The notes beneath the pieces are model-generated. The model was given only the letters and a program-made list of their open reading frames with translations, was not told the DNA's origin and did no database searches. Shown piece after piece: positions 46,386-55,595 of a DNA stretch of 64,000 nt. The position numbers were made by a program, and so were the translations under genes. This DNA is from Candidatus Parendomicrobium reticulitermitis (GTDB lineage: Bacteria; Elusimicrobiota; Endomicrobiia; Endomicrobiales; Endomicrobiaceae), in contig JAITTG010000087.1 in assembly GCA_031287095.1 (NCBI GenBank), positions 26,023 through 90,022 on the forward strand, read 5' to 3'. The first letter of the stretch is position 1. Every line of letters begins with the position of its first letter.

Positions 46386-46449
46386 CTTGAAAAAGTCCAC
46401 AAAGCATTTTGAGGCAAACGACGGAGATTGCGGCTCAAGCCTGCAATGA
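46369..46449 (+). repeat. 81-bp double-hairpin element with GTCATTGCGG...CCTGCAATGAC inverted termini
   Basis: Overlaps the uvrA stop. Homologous element at 48207-48285 overlapping the tgt stop. Single hairpins at 29639, 29704, 30615, 58120, 10830 and 11675. Confidence 0.75.
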
Positions 46450-46554
46450 CAAAACTGATTGTAAGATGACGCTATAAATTATTTATAAATTTTTAGTTTT
46501 CTCGTTCAATATGATATAATTGCCGCGGTTTTGAAGCATTGTCGGCAGTTCTTT

Positions 46555-46646
46555 GGAGGGGTCGCATAGTTGGCCTAGTGCGCTGGTTTGCTAAACCGGT
46601 ATACGGATGAAAGTCCGTATCGAGGGTTCAAATCCCTCCCCCTCCG
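46555..46646 (+). tRNA. tRNA-Ser (anticodon GCU), class II with long variable arm
   Basis: GGAGGGG acceptor pairing with CCCCTCC. Anticodon loop TT-GCT-AA on a CTGGT/ACCGG stem. Variable arm hairpin ATACGGA/TCCGTAT. T-arm GAGGGTTCAAATCCCTC. CCA not encoded. Confidence 0.9.
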
Positions 46647-46722
46647 TCCGTTTTTGACGAGATATGATGCGGTAAAGTCCGCCTTAAAAAAGATATTCAA
46701 AATCAGGAAATACTATAAATCA

Positions 46723-46757
46723 AACACCTTTCGGTATTTTGCCGAAGGTGTTTTTTG
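46723..46757 (+). terminator. rho-independent terminator after tRNA-Ser
   Basis: AACACCTTTCGG-TATTTT-GCCGAAGGTGTT followed by a T-run. Confidence 0.75.
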
Positions 46758-47081
46758 TTCAAAAAAATAGCAAAAGTTAATCAGCGTTTCCTTGCGATTG
46801 CAATGAATGCAATTGTGCGCCATGCGGTAATGCGCAGGATAAATTCCGTCGCAGAATTCATTTTATGCAGATATTCAAGTCTTTGTTGTTAGCAGTAAAA
46901 ACAAAGTTGAAAAAGATTTAATTATATAGATTCTGCGATTTTGCGCAGAATGACATGGTTTGTTTAGCATGGAATGACAGGCTCTGTGTTTTGCGTCGTA
47001 ATTGCAGGTCAAGCCTGCAACTGATAGATTAAGAGTATTCAATGAGTTAATCATGTTTTCTCGAAAGAATAAGGGTAAAAA

Positions 47082-48221
47082 ATGCAAATAGGAGATTGGC
47101 AGTTTTTAAAAAAATCTTCCGAGTGCCGCGCAAGATTGGGGAAAGTTTTTACTTTGCGCGGTATTATTGATACGCCCGCTTTTATGCCTGTGGGAACGCA
47201 AGGCAGCGTTAAGGGCGTGCCTATGGAATTTTTAAAGAATTCTAAAGCGCAGATTATTCTTGCTAATTCTTATCACTTATATTTGCGTCCGGGAACTGAA
47301 ATTGTCAAAAATGCCGGCGGCATACAAAAATTTAATTCTTGGGATAAACCTATGCTTACCGATTCCGGCGGGTTTCAAATTTTTAGTTTAAACGATATTA
47401 GGAAAATCAAAGACGACGGAGTAGAATTCAAATCCCATATAGACGGCTCAACTCACTTTTTTTCTCCCGAAAAATCTATGCAAATTCAAAAAGATATAGG
47501 CGCGGATATTATCATGGCTTTTGACGATTGCACTCCTTATCCCGCCGATTATGACTATGCAAAAAAGTCTATGGAATTAAGCCTCAAATGGGCGGCAAGA
47601 TGTAAAGAAGAATTTTATAAAGACGATTCTTGCGATAGGCAGGCGCTTTTTGGAATTGTGCAAGGCTCTGTTTATGATGATTTACGCAAAATCAGCGCTG
47701 AATCTATGCAGGAAATTGATTTTGTAGGCTATGCCATAGGCGGTCTTTCCGTAGGCGAGCCGAAAGAGGATATGCGCAGAATTTTAGATAATATATGTCC
47801 AATTTTGCCTGATAATAAAGCGCGCTATCTTATGGGCGTTGGTATGCCTGAGGATTTATGGGAATGCGTTGAGCGGGGAATAGATATGTTTGATTGCGTA
47901 ATCCCGACGAGAAATGGGCGCAATGGACAGGTTTTTACAAGTCAAGGCAAAATCAATATAAGAAATGCCCAATATAGACAAGACTTTACCGCTCTTGACC
48001 CAGACTGCGATTGTCCCGCCTGCAAAGGATATACAAAAGCATATCTCAATCATTTAGTCCGCGCCCAAGAAACTTTATATCTCGCTCTTTTATCCGTCCA
48101 CAATATATATTTTATGCTAAATCTAATGGAAAAAATAAGGCAATCCCTTGCTAACGACGCATTCTTTGAAGCCAAAACAAATTTTTTCAAAAATTATTAT
48201 AAGTCGTCATTACAAGTTTGA
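47082..48221 (+). CDS. tgt: queuine tRNA-ribosyltransferase
   Basis: TPAFMPVGTQGSVKG, LTDSGGFQ and a CDCPAC zinc motif. The C-terminal SSLQV-stop is encoded by a repeat. Confidence 0.95.
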   Translation: MQIGDWQFLKKSSECRARLGKVFTLRGIIDTPAFMPVGTQGSVKGVPMEFLKNSKAQIILANSYHLYLRPGTEIVKNAGGIQKFNSWDKPMLTDSGGFQIFSLNDIRKIKDDGVEFKSHIDGSTHFFSPEKSMQIQKDIGADIIMAFDDCTPYPADYDYAKKSMELSLKWAARCKEEFYKDDSCDRQALFGIVQGSVYDDLRKISAESMQEIDFVGYAIGGLSVGEPKEDMRRILDNICPILPDNKARYLMGVGMPEDLWECVERGIDMFDCVIPTRNGRNGQVFTSQGKINIRNAQYRQDFTALDPDCDCPACKGYTKAYLNHLVRAQETLYLALLSVHNIYFMLNLMEKIRQSLANDAFFEAKTNFFKNYYKSSLQV

Positions 48222-48342
48222 CCCGCAATATTCCCGCGAAGCGTTTTGAGGCAAACAATAACGGAGATTGCGGGGCAAGACAGCAGGCGGCGGAAGGTAA
48301 AAACGGATTTTTAGGCAGCCTCGTTTATCACAAGGAATTATT

Positions 48343-49716
48343 ATGCAAAATACAAACAAAGCGGGAAATTATCGTTGGTTTATATGCAGTCTATTGTTTA
48401 TTTTAGCAATGCTAAATTATCTTGATAGGCAGACTTTAAGCCTTTTGCATCCTTTTTTGGCGGATAAATATAATTGGACAAATAATGACTATGCAAATAT
48501 CACGGGAACATTTCAACTGACTTATGCCGTAATGTATTTATTTGCAGGCAGATTTGCGGATTGGTTCGGCGCAAGAAAAACTTTGGTTTTATCCGCTGTA
48601 TTATGCTCAGCCGCGACAATAATGCACATTTTTTCAATTTATATAGGAAATGGTCTATCTCTTATGTTCGAAGCCGCAGGGATAACAATTTCTTTTTCAG
48701 TAATCGGTTTTATGTTTTCAAGATTTTTGCTCGCGGCAGGTTCCGCCCCGATTTTTCCAACTGAGTTAAAAGTTGTGTCTTTGTGGTTTCCCGACAAAGA
48801 GCGCTCGTCGGCAACAGGCGTATATATATCGGGCGCAAGCGCGGGAGCGATTATTGCGCCGCTGATAATTCCTCCAATAGCGCAAAAATTCGGCTGGGAA
48901 AGCGCTTTTATTGTTGCGGGCGCAAGCGGTCTTTTATGGTTATTTTTTTGGATTGCTTATTATCATAGTCCCGATATTCTTTTAAAGAAAAATAAAATCA
49001 AACAAAACGAATATGATTATATAAATGAAAATAAAAACGAGACGCAATACAATGCGAAATCCAATGAGAAAAAAATAGGCTGGACAGCCCTTCTGCAATG
49101 CCGCCAAACTTGGGCTTTGATTATCGGCAGATTTATGACGGACGGTATATGGTGGTTTTTTATTTTTTGGCTGCCGGGATATTTAAAATCCACATATGGT
49201 ATGCAGGGCAAAGAGGTAATGTTTCCTTTGGCGGTACTATTTACCATGACCACAATAGGAGCGCTGATAGGAGGGTATATACCTTCAATTTTTATCAAAA
49301 GAGGAATGGATGTTTATGCCAGCAGAATGCGGAGTTTATTTATTTTTGCTTTCATTCCCGCAATTGCTTTTCTTGCTCAACCGTTAAGTCCGATAAGTTA
49401 TTGGCTGCCTATACTGACAATAGGAACGGCTCTCGCAGGACAGCAAGCATGGTCTGCAAATCTTGTTGTGTCAACGACGGATATGTTTCCCAAAAAAAAT
49501 GTCGCTTCTCTTGCGGGTCTTGGCGGTCTTGCCGCAGGGGTGGGAGGAATCACTTTAGCCAAAACCGCAGGCTATTTGCTTGACTATTACGGCGCGCTCG
49601 GTAAAACCGCAGACGCTTACACAATAATTTTTTCTTTCTGCGCAAGTTCCTGCATAGTCTCATGGTTTATAATGAAAGCATTGGTTCCCAAATTTCAATT
49701 CGCCTTTGAAAACTGA
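48343..49716 (+). CDS. MFS transporter (ExuT/ACS-family-like sugar-acid transporter)
   Basis: 457 aa, 12-TM pattern, NYLDRQTLSLL N-terminal motif. Confidence 0.7.
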   Translation: MQNTNKAGNYRWFICSLLFILAMLNYLDRQTLSLLHPFLADKYNWTNNDYANITGTFQLTYAVMYLFAGRFADWFGARKTLVLSAVLCSAATIMHIFSIYIGNGLSLMFEAAGITISFSVIGFMFSRFLLAAGSAPIFPTELKVVSLWFPDKERSSATGVYISGASAGAIIAPLIIPPIAQKFGWESAFIVAGASGLLWLFFWIAYYHSPDILLKKNKIKQNEYDYINENKNETQYNAKSNEKKIGWTALLQCRQTWALIIGRFMTDGIWWFFIFWLPGYLKSTYGMQGKEVMFPLAVLFTMTTIGALIGGYIPSIFIKRGMDVYASRMRSLFIFAFIPAIAFLAQPLSPISYWLPILTIGTALAGQQAWSANLVVSTTDMFPKKNVASLAGLGGLAAGVGGITLAKTAGYLLDYYGALGKTADAYTIIFSFCASSCIVSWFIMKALVPKFQFAFEN

Positions 49717-49796
49717 CACATAAAGAATTGCCGTAAAATATAGCGAGCGCTTCATGACAAACCTGAATTCACATTCCCAAATGCCGCGCCTGCTGC

Positions 49797-49826
49797 GTCA
49801 TTCCCGAATGTCTCTGTCGGGAATCC
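49797..49826 (+). repeat. hairpin repeat GTCATTCCCGA-ATGTCTCTG-TCGGGAATCC
   Basis: Identical to 30962-30991 and nearly identical to 14868-14895 inside larC. Degenerate copies at 19399 and 59990-60060. Confidence 0.8.
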
Positions 49827-49926
49827 ATTTTCAAATAAAAAAGAAGTTTGGAGTTAATCAGTGTTTCCTTAAATCTCCGAAACTGCTAAAATCAATAAAA
49901 CAATCGCATCATAGGTAGTAAAAACA

Positions 49927-50130
49927 ATGATTAAAATCAAAGTCAATGGTAAAGAAAAAGAAATCGCGGATAATGTCCCGATTTTTAATTTTTTGTCTGA
50001 AAACAAAATTGTTTTGGACGGCGTTTTTGTCGGCTATAACGGCGCTGTGATTGCCAAAAATAAACTTGGCGGGATTATTCTAAAAAATGGCGATATTTTG
50101 GAAATTATCAGAATTGCTGCGGGCGGATAA
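49927..50130 (+). CDS. thiS: ThiS/MoaD-like sulfur-carrier protein
   Basis: 67 aa ending in GG (…IIRIAAGG), beta-grasp size. No thiF/G/H neighbours in the window. Confidence 0.6.
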   Translation: MIKIKVNGKEKEIADNVPIFNFLSENKIVLDGVFVGYNGAVIAKNKLGGIILKNGDILEIIRIAAGG

Positions 50131-50234
50131 AAAGGAAAACAGACATATGATAGACCCCTCGCCCGTCTGACTTTGCAGACGCCCTCTCCCCCAAGGGGCG
50201 AGGGGAAAGAGGAAATAAGGAAATAAAGGAAAAA

Positions 50235-51428
50235 ATGAAAAAGATTATTTTAAAGGCTGGAGAAGGTAAAAGAGTTAAGAGCGGGCATAAGTGGGTGTTT
50301 TCTAATGAAATTAAAATGCTGCAAAATTCTGAAAGCGAAATTGAAAAAGATGGACAAAAAGATTCTGTTTTTGCTTTGCTCTATGACAATAATGAGGCTT
50401 TTATAGCGAAAGGTTTTTATAATCCGCATTCTTTGATTGCGTTTAGGTTATTGTCTCTTCAAGATGAAAAAATAGACATTGAGTTTTGGAAAAAGAAAAT
50501 ATCCGCCGCTAATGATTTGAGAAAACAAATATATCCAAAATCAAAATCTTATAGAGCGGTTTTTAGCGAGTCGGACAATATGCCGTCTGTGATTATTGAC
50601 AAATTCGGCGATTATCTCAGCGTTCAATTTAATTGCGCGGGAGCAGACGCTTGCAAGGAAGATATACTTTCCGCCGCAAAAGAGATTTTCAAATCAAAAG
50701 GCATTTATATAAGAAATGATTCCTCTCTTAGAAAATTTGAAAACCTGCCAAACGAAAACGCCGTTTATTTCGGAAACATTCCAAAAGAGATAGAGATAGA
50801 AGAAAATGGATTGAAATTTTATATCGATTTGCTTGAAGGGCAAAAGACGGGATTTTTCTTTGACCAAAGAGACAACAGAACAAAACTTGCCTCTTATGCA
50901 AAGGATAAAAAAGTTTTAGATTGTTTCTGCCATACTGGCGCTTTTGGAATTTATGCAAAAGCCGCCGGCGCAAAAGATATTGTTTTTGTTGATTCGTCAA
51001 GACCCGCGCTTGAACTTGCAGAAAAGAATTTTAACGCTAATAATTTCAAGGATTTCAACGGCATAGAAGCGGACGCTTTGGCTTATTTAGAATCTGCCCA
51101 AGCCCAAAAAGAAAAGTTTGACATAATAAATATAGACCCGCCAAGCCTCATAAAAAACAAAAAAGATTTCAACGCAGGTTATAAACTCTATGCAAAAATC
51201 AATGCGGCGGCAATAGCTTTGTTAAACAACGGCGGAATTTTGGCTTCTTCTTCTTGCTCACATCATTTATCCTATAAAGATTTTAACGCTATGCTTGGAG
51301 AGGCGGCGTCAAAAGCAAAAAGGACAGTTCAAATTTTAGAATATGGATTTCAAGCCAAAGACCATCCAATCCTTCCTTTGATGCCCGAAACGCAATATCT
51401 CAATTTTGCTATTGCTATTGCGAGGTAA
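50235..51428 (+). CDS. class I SAM-dependent rRNA methyltransferase, RlmI-like (PUA + MTase)
   Basis: 397 aa. KAGEGKRVKSGHKWVFSNEI N-terminus, GQKTGFFFDQRDNR, DPPS motif. Confidence 0.75.
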   Translation: MKKIILKAGEGKRVKSGHKWVFSNEIKMLQNSESEIEKDGQKDSVFALLYDNNEAFIAKGFYNPHSLIAFRLLSLQDEKIDIEFWKKKISAANDLRKQIYPKSKSYRAVFSESDNMPSVIIDKFGDYLSVQFNCAGADACKEDILSAAKEIFKSKGIYIRNDSSLRKFENLPNENAVYFGNIPKEIEIEENGLKFYIDLLEGQKTGFFFDQRDNRTKLASYAKDKKVLDCFCHTGAFGIYAKAAGAKDIVFVDSSRPALELAEKNFNANNFKDFNGIEADALAYLESAQAQKEKFDIINIDPPSLIKNKKDFNAGYKLYAKINAAAIALLNNGGILASSSCSHHLSYKDFNAMLGEAASKAKRTVQILEYGFQAKDHPILPLMPETQYLNFAIAIAR

Positions 51429-51429
51429 T

Positions 51430-52161
51430 ATGGAATTGTCCGCTTATTCAATTATTTTACTTGCTATAGCCGCTTTTCTTACGGGAGTAAATAAGACGGG
51501 ATTTCCCGGGCTTGGAATAATAGTTGTGATAATTCTGCCTATGATAATGCCTGCAAAAGCGTCGACTGGATATTTGCTTCCTCTTTTGATTTTTGGAGAT
51601 ATCGCCGCCGTGTGTTATTGGCGTAATCAAGCGTTATGGAAAGTAATAGGCAGGCTTATGCCTTGGGTTGTCATAGGTATAATAATCGGATTTTTTCTAA
51701 TGAATATGATCCCCGACGAATCCTATTCTCATATTTTCGGAGCAATCATAGTAATTTTATTTTCTTTGGATATGGCGCGCAGATATTTTAATATACCTAT
51801 TCCTATGGGCAAATCTGGTGTTACGGCTTTTCTTGGAACTCTTGCCGGCATTATGACTATGATGATAAATGCGGCGGGACCGGTTATGATATTGTATCTT
51901 TTGGCTATGGACATATCAAAAGAACATTTTGTGGCGACTTGCGCTTGGACTTATTTTATTTTTAATTTAGTAAAACTGCCGCTGAGTTATAGCCAAGGTT
52001 TGATTACGGCTGAATCTCTTATGCTAAATTTTAAAGCCGCCCCCTTTGTTTTGCTCGGCGGTATAGTTGGTATTATTTTTATGAACAAAATTCCTACGAA
52101 GTATTTTAATACGGCTATACGGGTTTTTACTTTTTTGGGCGCAATAAAACTGTTTTTTTAA
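51430..52161 (+). CDS. TauE/SafE-family anion exporter
   Basis: ATG at 51430, just after the rlmI-like stop. Polytopic, FLTGVNKTGFPGLG motif. Confidence 0.65.
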   Translation: MELSAYSIILLAIAAFLTGVNKTGFPGLGIIVVIILPMIMPAKASTGYLLPLLIFGDIAAVCYWRNQALWKVIGRLMPWVVIGIIIGFFLMNMIPDESYSHIFGAIIVILFSLDMARRYFNIPIPMGKSGVTAFLGTLAGIMTMMINAAGPVMILYLLAMDISKEHFVATCAWTYFIFNLVKLPLSYSQGLITAESLMLNFKAAPFVLLGGIVGIIFMNKIPTKYFNTAIRVFTFLGAIKLFF

Positions 52162-52183
52162 TTTTTTTATAAGAGGGGTATTT

Positions 52184-52927
52184 ATGGACAATATGATAGA
52201 AATGCAAAATGTATCTATGAGTTTTGGCGCTTTAGAAGTTCTTAAAGGTATTTCTCTCAGCATAAAAAGAGCGTCAAAAACCGTAATCATAGGACCTTCA
52301 GGCTCAGGCAAAAGCACTCTATTGCGCTGCATAAATTTATTTGAAAGACCTCAAAAAGGCGGCATAATAATAGACAATGAAGAGATTACTCATTTAAGAC
52401 ATAAAGATTTGTGCAGAATTCGTCAATCCATAGGCATGGTATTTCAAGATTTTAATCTTTACGCTCATAAAACAGTTCTTGAAAATCTTTGTTTAGCGCC
52501 CGTCTTGTTAAAAAAGGAAAAATATAAAGATGCAAAAGAGCGCGCTTTAATGCATCTTGAACAAGTTGATTTGATTGATAAAGTTAATTCTTATCCTTCT
52601 CAACTTTCAGGCGGGCAGCAGCAAAGGGTTGCAATAGCGAGGGCTTTAAACATGGAGCCAAAAATTCTTTTGTTTGACGAGCCGACTTCCGCTCTTGACC
52701 CAGAAATGATTAGCGAAGTTTTAAATATCATGACTAAGGTCGCTCAAGAAGATATCACTATGATTTTTGTAACTCACGAAATGGGTTTTGCGTCAAATAT
52801 AGCCGACAGAGTGCTTTTTTTAAACGAAGGAATTATTGCCGAAGATGGAGCGCCGAGCGAAGTGTTTAATAATCCAAAAAACGAGAGGACAAAACAGTTT
52901 TTCAGCAAAATTTTAAAGCACACATAA
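52184..52927 (+). CDS. polar amino-acid ABC transporter ATP-binding protein (GlnQ-like)
   Basis: [41 protein letters not shown]. Confidence 0.9.
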   Translation: MDNMIEMQNVSMSFGALEVLKGISLSIKRASKTVIIGPSGSGKSTLLRCINLFERPQKGGIIIDNEEITHLRHKDLCRIRQSIGMVFQDFNLYAHKTVLENLCLAPVLLKKEKYKDAKERALMHLEQVDLIDKVNSYPSQLSGGQQQRVAIARALNMEPKILLFDEPTSALDPEMISEVLNIMTKVAQEDITMIFVTHEMGFASNIADRVLFLNEGIIAEDGAPSEVFNNPKNERTKQFFSKILKHT

Positions 52928-53377
52928 TAGGTGCGGCGAAGCCGCGATTACACACGACTGGCTCTAAGTTAAGTGCGACTAGAAGGTCGCTTTGCCTTTT
53001 GGCGTCTTTTGACACAATTTGTCTGCTTGGATAGCGCCGCTATACGCGCGCAGACAAATTCTGCCAAAATACGCTCAAAATGCTTCGCGGAGCGCGGCTC
53101 ATACACAAAGAGAAAAGGCGACAAAAACCAAAAACAAAACCACAGAAACCCAGAAACTTGTAGGGGTGTGGTTCTTTTATTTTCGCCGTTTTGCATCACT
53201 TGCGAGAAGCAGTTAGTCGTTGCAGTTGATTCCCCTTCACGAGTGAAGGGGTGGACGCGTAGCGGACGGGGTAGTAACGCCGTTTGACGCAAAGCGGCAT
53301 TTGCCGTTTCTTGCGAAAGGGCGGCGGGCTTGCCCGACGGGGTAGCGTCGGTATTATTAAATAAAAAGGAGGCAGTA

Positions 53378-54151
53378 ATGAAGAAAATTCTAAGTTTGTT
53401 GTGCGTATGCGTTGTAGCATTGTTTGTTGCGGCTTGTTCATCGTCTAATTCTGTGGACAAAATCAAAAAGGCGGGAGTTTTAAAAGCGGGAGTAAAAGAA
53501 GATGTGCCGAAATTTGGTTTTTTAAATCCTTCCACAAATAAACACGAAGGTTTTGAAATAGAACTTGCCGAAAAGATTGCCCAAAAACTTCTCGGCGATT
53601 CTTCAAAAATTACATTTACAGGCGTGACTGCTAAAACAAGAGGGCCTCTTTTAGACACAGGCGAACTTGATATAGTGGCGGCGACTTTTACTATTACAGA
53701 AGAGCGCAAAAAGAGTTATGAATTTTCCGACGCGTATTTTACGGACGGCGTAGGCATAATGGTTAAGAAAAACGCGAACATAAACGCGTTTAAAGATTTG
53801 AACGGAAAAGAAATAGGCGTCGCTCAAAGCGCGACTACTAAAAAAGCCCTTCAAACCGCGGCTGATGCCGTTGGTATAAAAGTGAAATTTTCAGAATACG
53901 CCACTTATCCGGATTTAAAAGCCGCTCTTGATTCAGGGAGAGTCAGCGCTTTTTCAGTGGACAAAGCCATTTTGATGGGTTATATGGAAGACAGCGTCAA
54001 ACTTCTTGACGAAACTTTTGACGCTCAAGAATACGGAGTAACCATAAAGAAAGGCAATACCGATTTATTGGCGGTAGTAAATGAAGTAATCCGCGATTTA
54101 GTAAAAAGCGGCGAGATGGACAAATTGTTGAAAAAACATCAGTTGAAATAA
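53378..54151 (+). CDS. amino-acid ABC transporter substrate-binding lipoprotein
   Basis: ATG at 53378 behind AAGGAGG. Lipobox VAACSS. Family 3 SBP pattern (KAGVLKAGVKEDVPKFGF...). Confidence 0.85.
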   Translation: MKKILSLLCVCVVALFVAACSSSNSVDKIKKAGVLKAGVKEDVPKFGFLNPSTNKHEGFEIELAEKIAQKLLGDSSKITFTGVTAKTRGPLLDTGELDIVAATFTITEERKKSYEFSDAYFTDGVGIMVKKNANINAFKDLNGKEIGVAQSATTKKALQTAADAVGIKVKFSEYATYPDLKAALDSGRVSAFSVDKAILMGYMEDSVKLLDETFDAQEYGVTIKKGNTDLLAVVNEVIRDLVKSGEMDKLLKKHQLK

Positions 54152-54165
54152 ATAGTAATAACACG

Positions 54166-54195
54166 GTAGGGGCAGACCCATGTGTCTGCCCCTAG
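54166..54195 (+). repeat. GTAG-headed REP palindrome GTAGGGGCAGAC-CCATGT-GTCTGCCCCTAG
   Basis: Perfect 9-bp arms. Inverted copy at 62748-62775; stem variants at 38835, 39680 and 55516. Confidence 0.8.
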
Positions 54196-54208
54196 TAAAG
54201 GAAAAAGC

Positions 54209-54868
54209 ATGTTTGCACTATTCAAATGGAAAGCGTTGTTTTCAAGTTGGGATATATTTGCAGTGGGATTTGCGATAACTGTTTTGGTATCGCTTATTTC
54301 CTTGATTGCTACGCTTTCTATTAGTTTAATCGTCGGCATAATTCGTTGTTCCAATCTTAAAAAAACTAAGAAATTCGCAAATTGGTATATATCTTTTTTT
54401 CAAAACACTCCTTTAGTAGTTCAAATAATTTTTCTTTATAATGTTTTGCCTCACCTTGGCATAGTTTTCAGCCCGTTTATCTGCGGCTGTATAGGTCTTT
54501 CTTTATATACGGGCGCTTTTGGCGCGACTGTTATAGAAGCCGCGATTTTAGCCGTTCCCAAAGGACAATTTGAAGCGTCATATTCGCAAGGCATGTCTTA
54601 TTTGCAGAGCATGTATCATATTATTTTGCCTCAAGCGGCAAAAATTGCTCTGCCTCCTATGACTAATCAAACAGTCAATTTGATAAAAAATTCTTCAGTT
54701 TTGGCTATGATAGCGGGCGGGGATTTGATGTATAGAGCGGATTCTTGGGCGGGAGAAAATCTTTTTTATGGACCGAGTTTTATAATCACAGGACTATTAT
54801 ATTTGTCTCTTTGTCTGCCTTTGTCAAAATTCGCGCAAAATCTTGAAAAGAAGGTGAAAGCAAAATGA
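54209..54868 (+). CDS. amino-acid ABC transporter permease
   Basis: HisM/GlnP-type permease with an EAA-like loop (EASYSQGMSYLQSMYHIILPQA). Confidence 0.85.
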   Translation: MFALFKWKALFSSWDIFAVGFAITVLVSLISLIATLSISLIVGIIRCSNLKKTKKFANWYISFFQNTPLVVQIIFLYNVLPHLGIVFSPFICGCIGLSLYTGAFGATVIEAAILAVPKGQFEASYSQGMSYLQSMYHIILPQAAKIALPPMTNQTVNLIKNSSVLAMIAGGDLMYRADSWAGENLFYGPSFIITGLLYLSLCLPLSKFAQNLEKKVKAK

Positions 54869-55491
54869 AAATGGTTTTTACCTATGAAAACATAATTTTT
54901 TTATTCAGAGGCTTGCAGATTACTTTGACAATCGCCTTCTCAACCATTGCTTTGAGTTTTGTTTTCGGCTCAATATTAGGCATAGCGAGGTTTTCAGGCA
55001 AAGGCATTCTTGCAAAACTTGCCGCTATTTATATTGATACTGTTAGAAATATCCCTTTGCTCCTTTTTATAATAGGGTTTAGATTTACTCTGCCGCTTCC
55101 TCCCGTAGCGTCGGCAATAGCGTCTATGACGGTTTTTACTTCCGCTATGGTCGCAGAAATTGTCCGCGGCGGGCTTCATTCTGTGGCGCATGGGCAATGG
55201 GAAGCGGCGTATTCGCAAGGTTTTTCTTATATAGGAACGATGCTTCATATCATTTTGCCTCAAGCAGTAAAGAAAATTTTAAAACCGCTTATGTCTCAAT
55301 TTGTCACAGCGATTAAAGACACTTCTTTTTGCGCAATAATTGCCGTTCACGAATTGATGTATAGCGGGATGATAATAATGGGAAAATTCGTCACTTCAAC
55401 GCAAGCAATCGTCTTATACGCTTTAATAGCGCTTATATATTTCACATTAAACACAGCGTTGTTAAAACTCTCAAATAAAATAAAATTCTAA
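54865..55491 (+). CDS. amino-acid ABC transporter permease, second subunit
   Basis: 4-nt overlap with the previous gene. EAAYSQGFSYIGTMLHIILPQA loop. Confidence 0.85.
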   Translation: MKMVFTYENIIFLFRGLQITLTIAFSTIALSFVFGSILGIARFSGKGILAKLAAIYIDTVRNIPLLLFIIGFRFTLPLPPVASAIASMTVFTSAMVAEIVRGGLHSVAHGQWEAAYSQGFSYIGTMLHIILPQAVKKILKPLMSQFVTAIKDTSFCAIIAVHELMYSGMIIMGKFVTSTQAIVLYALIALIYFTLNTALLKLSNKIKF

Positions 55492-55595
55492 ATTTTATTT
55501 CTGTCAGAAAAGAATGTAGAGACGCGCTATATGCGCGTCCCAAGACGGCAAAGAGACAAACCCTCAATAATTAACGCCAAAGGGTAAAGGTAATC

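Noticed and set aside
49717-49926. TPP riboswitch upstream of the orphan thiS-like gene
   Set aside because: No CUGAGA/ACCCU-type THI-box core is present. Much of the region is the GTCATTCCCGA hairpin repeat and other dispersed repeat pieces.
52969-53709. Track ORFs 52969..53709(-), 62746..63294(+), 32599..33048(-), 32822..33181(-), 24474..24935(+), 36172..36636(-) and similar as genes
   Set aside because: They lie antisense to, or out of frame within, well-supported genes, or are read entirely through repeat mosaics. They have low-complexity or Arg/Ser/Cys-rich composition typical of spurious frames.
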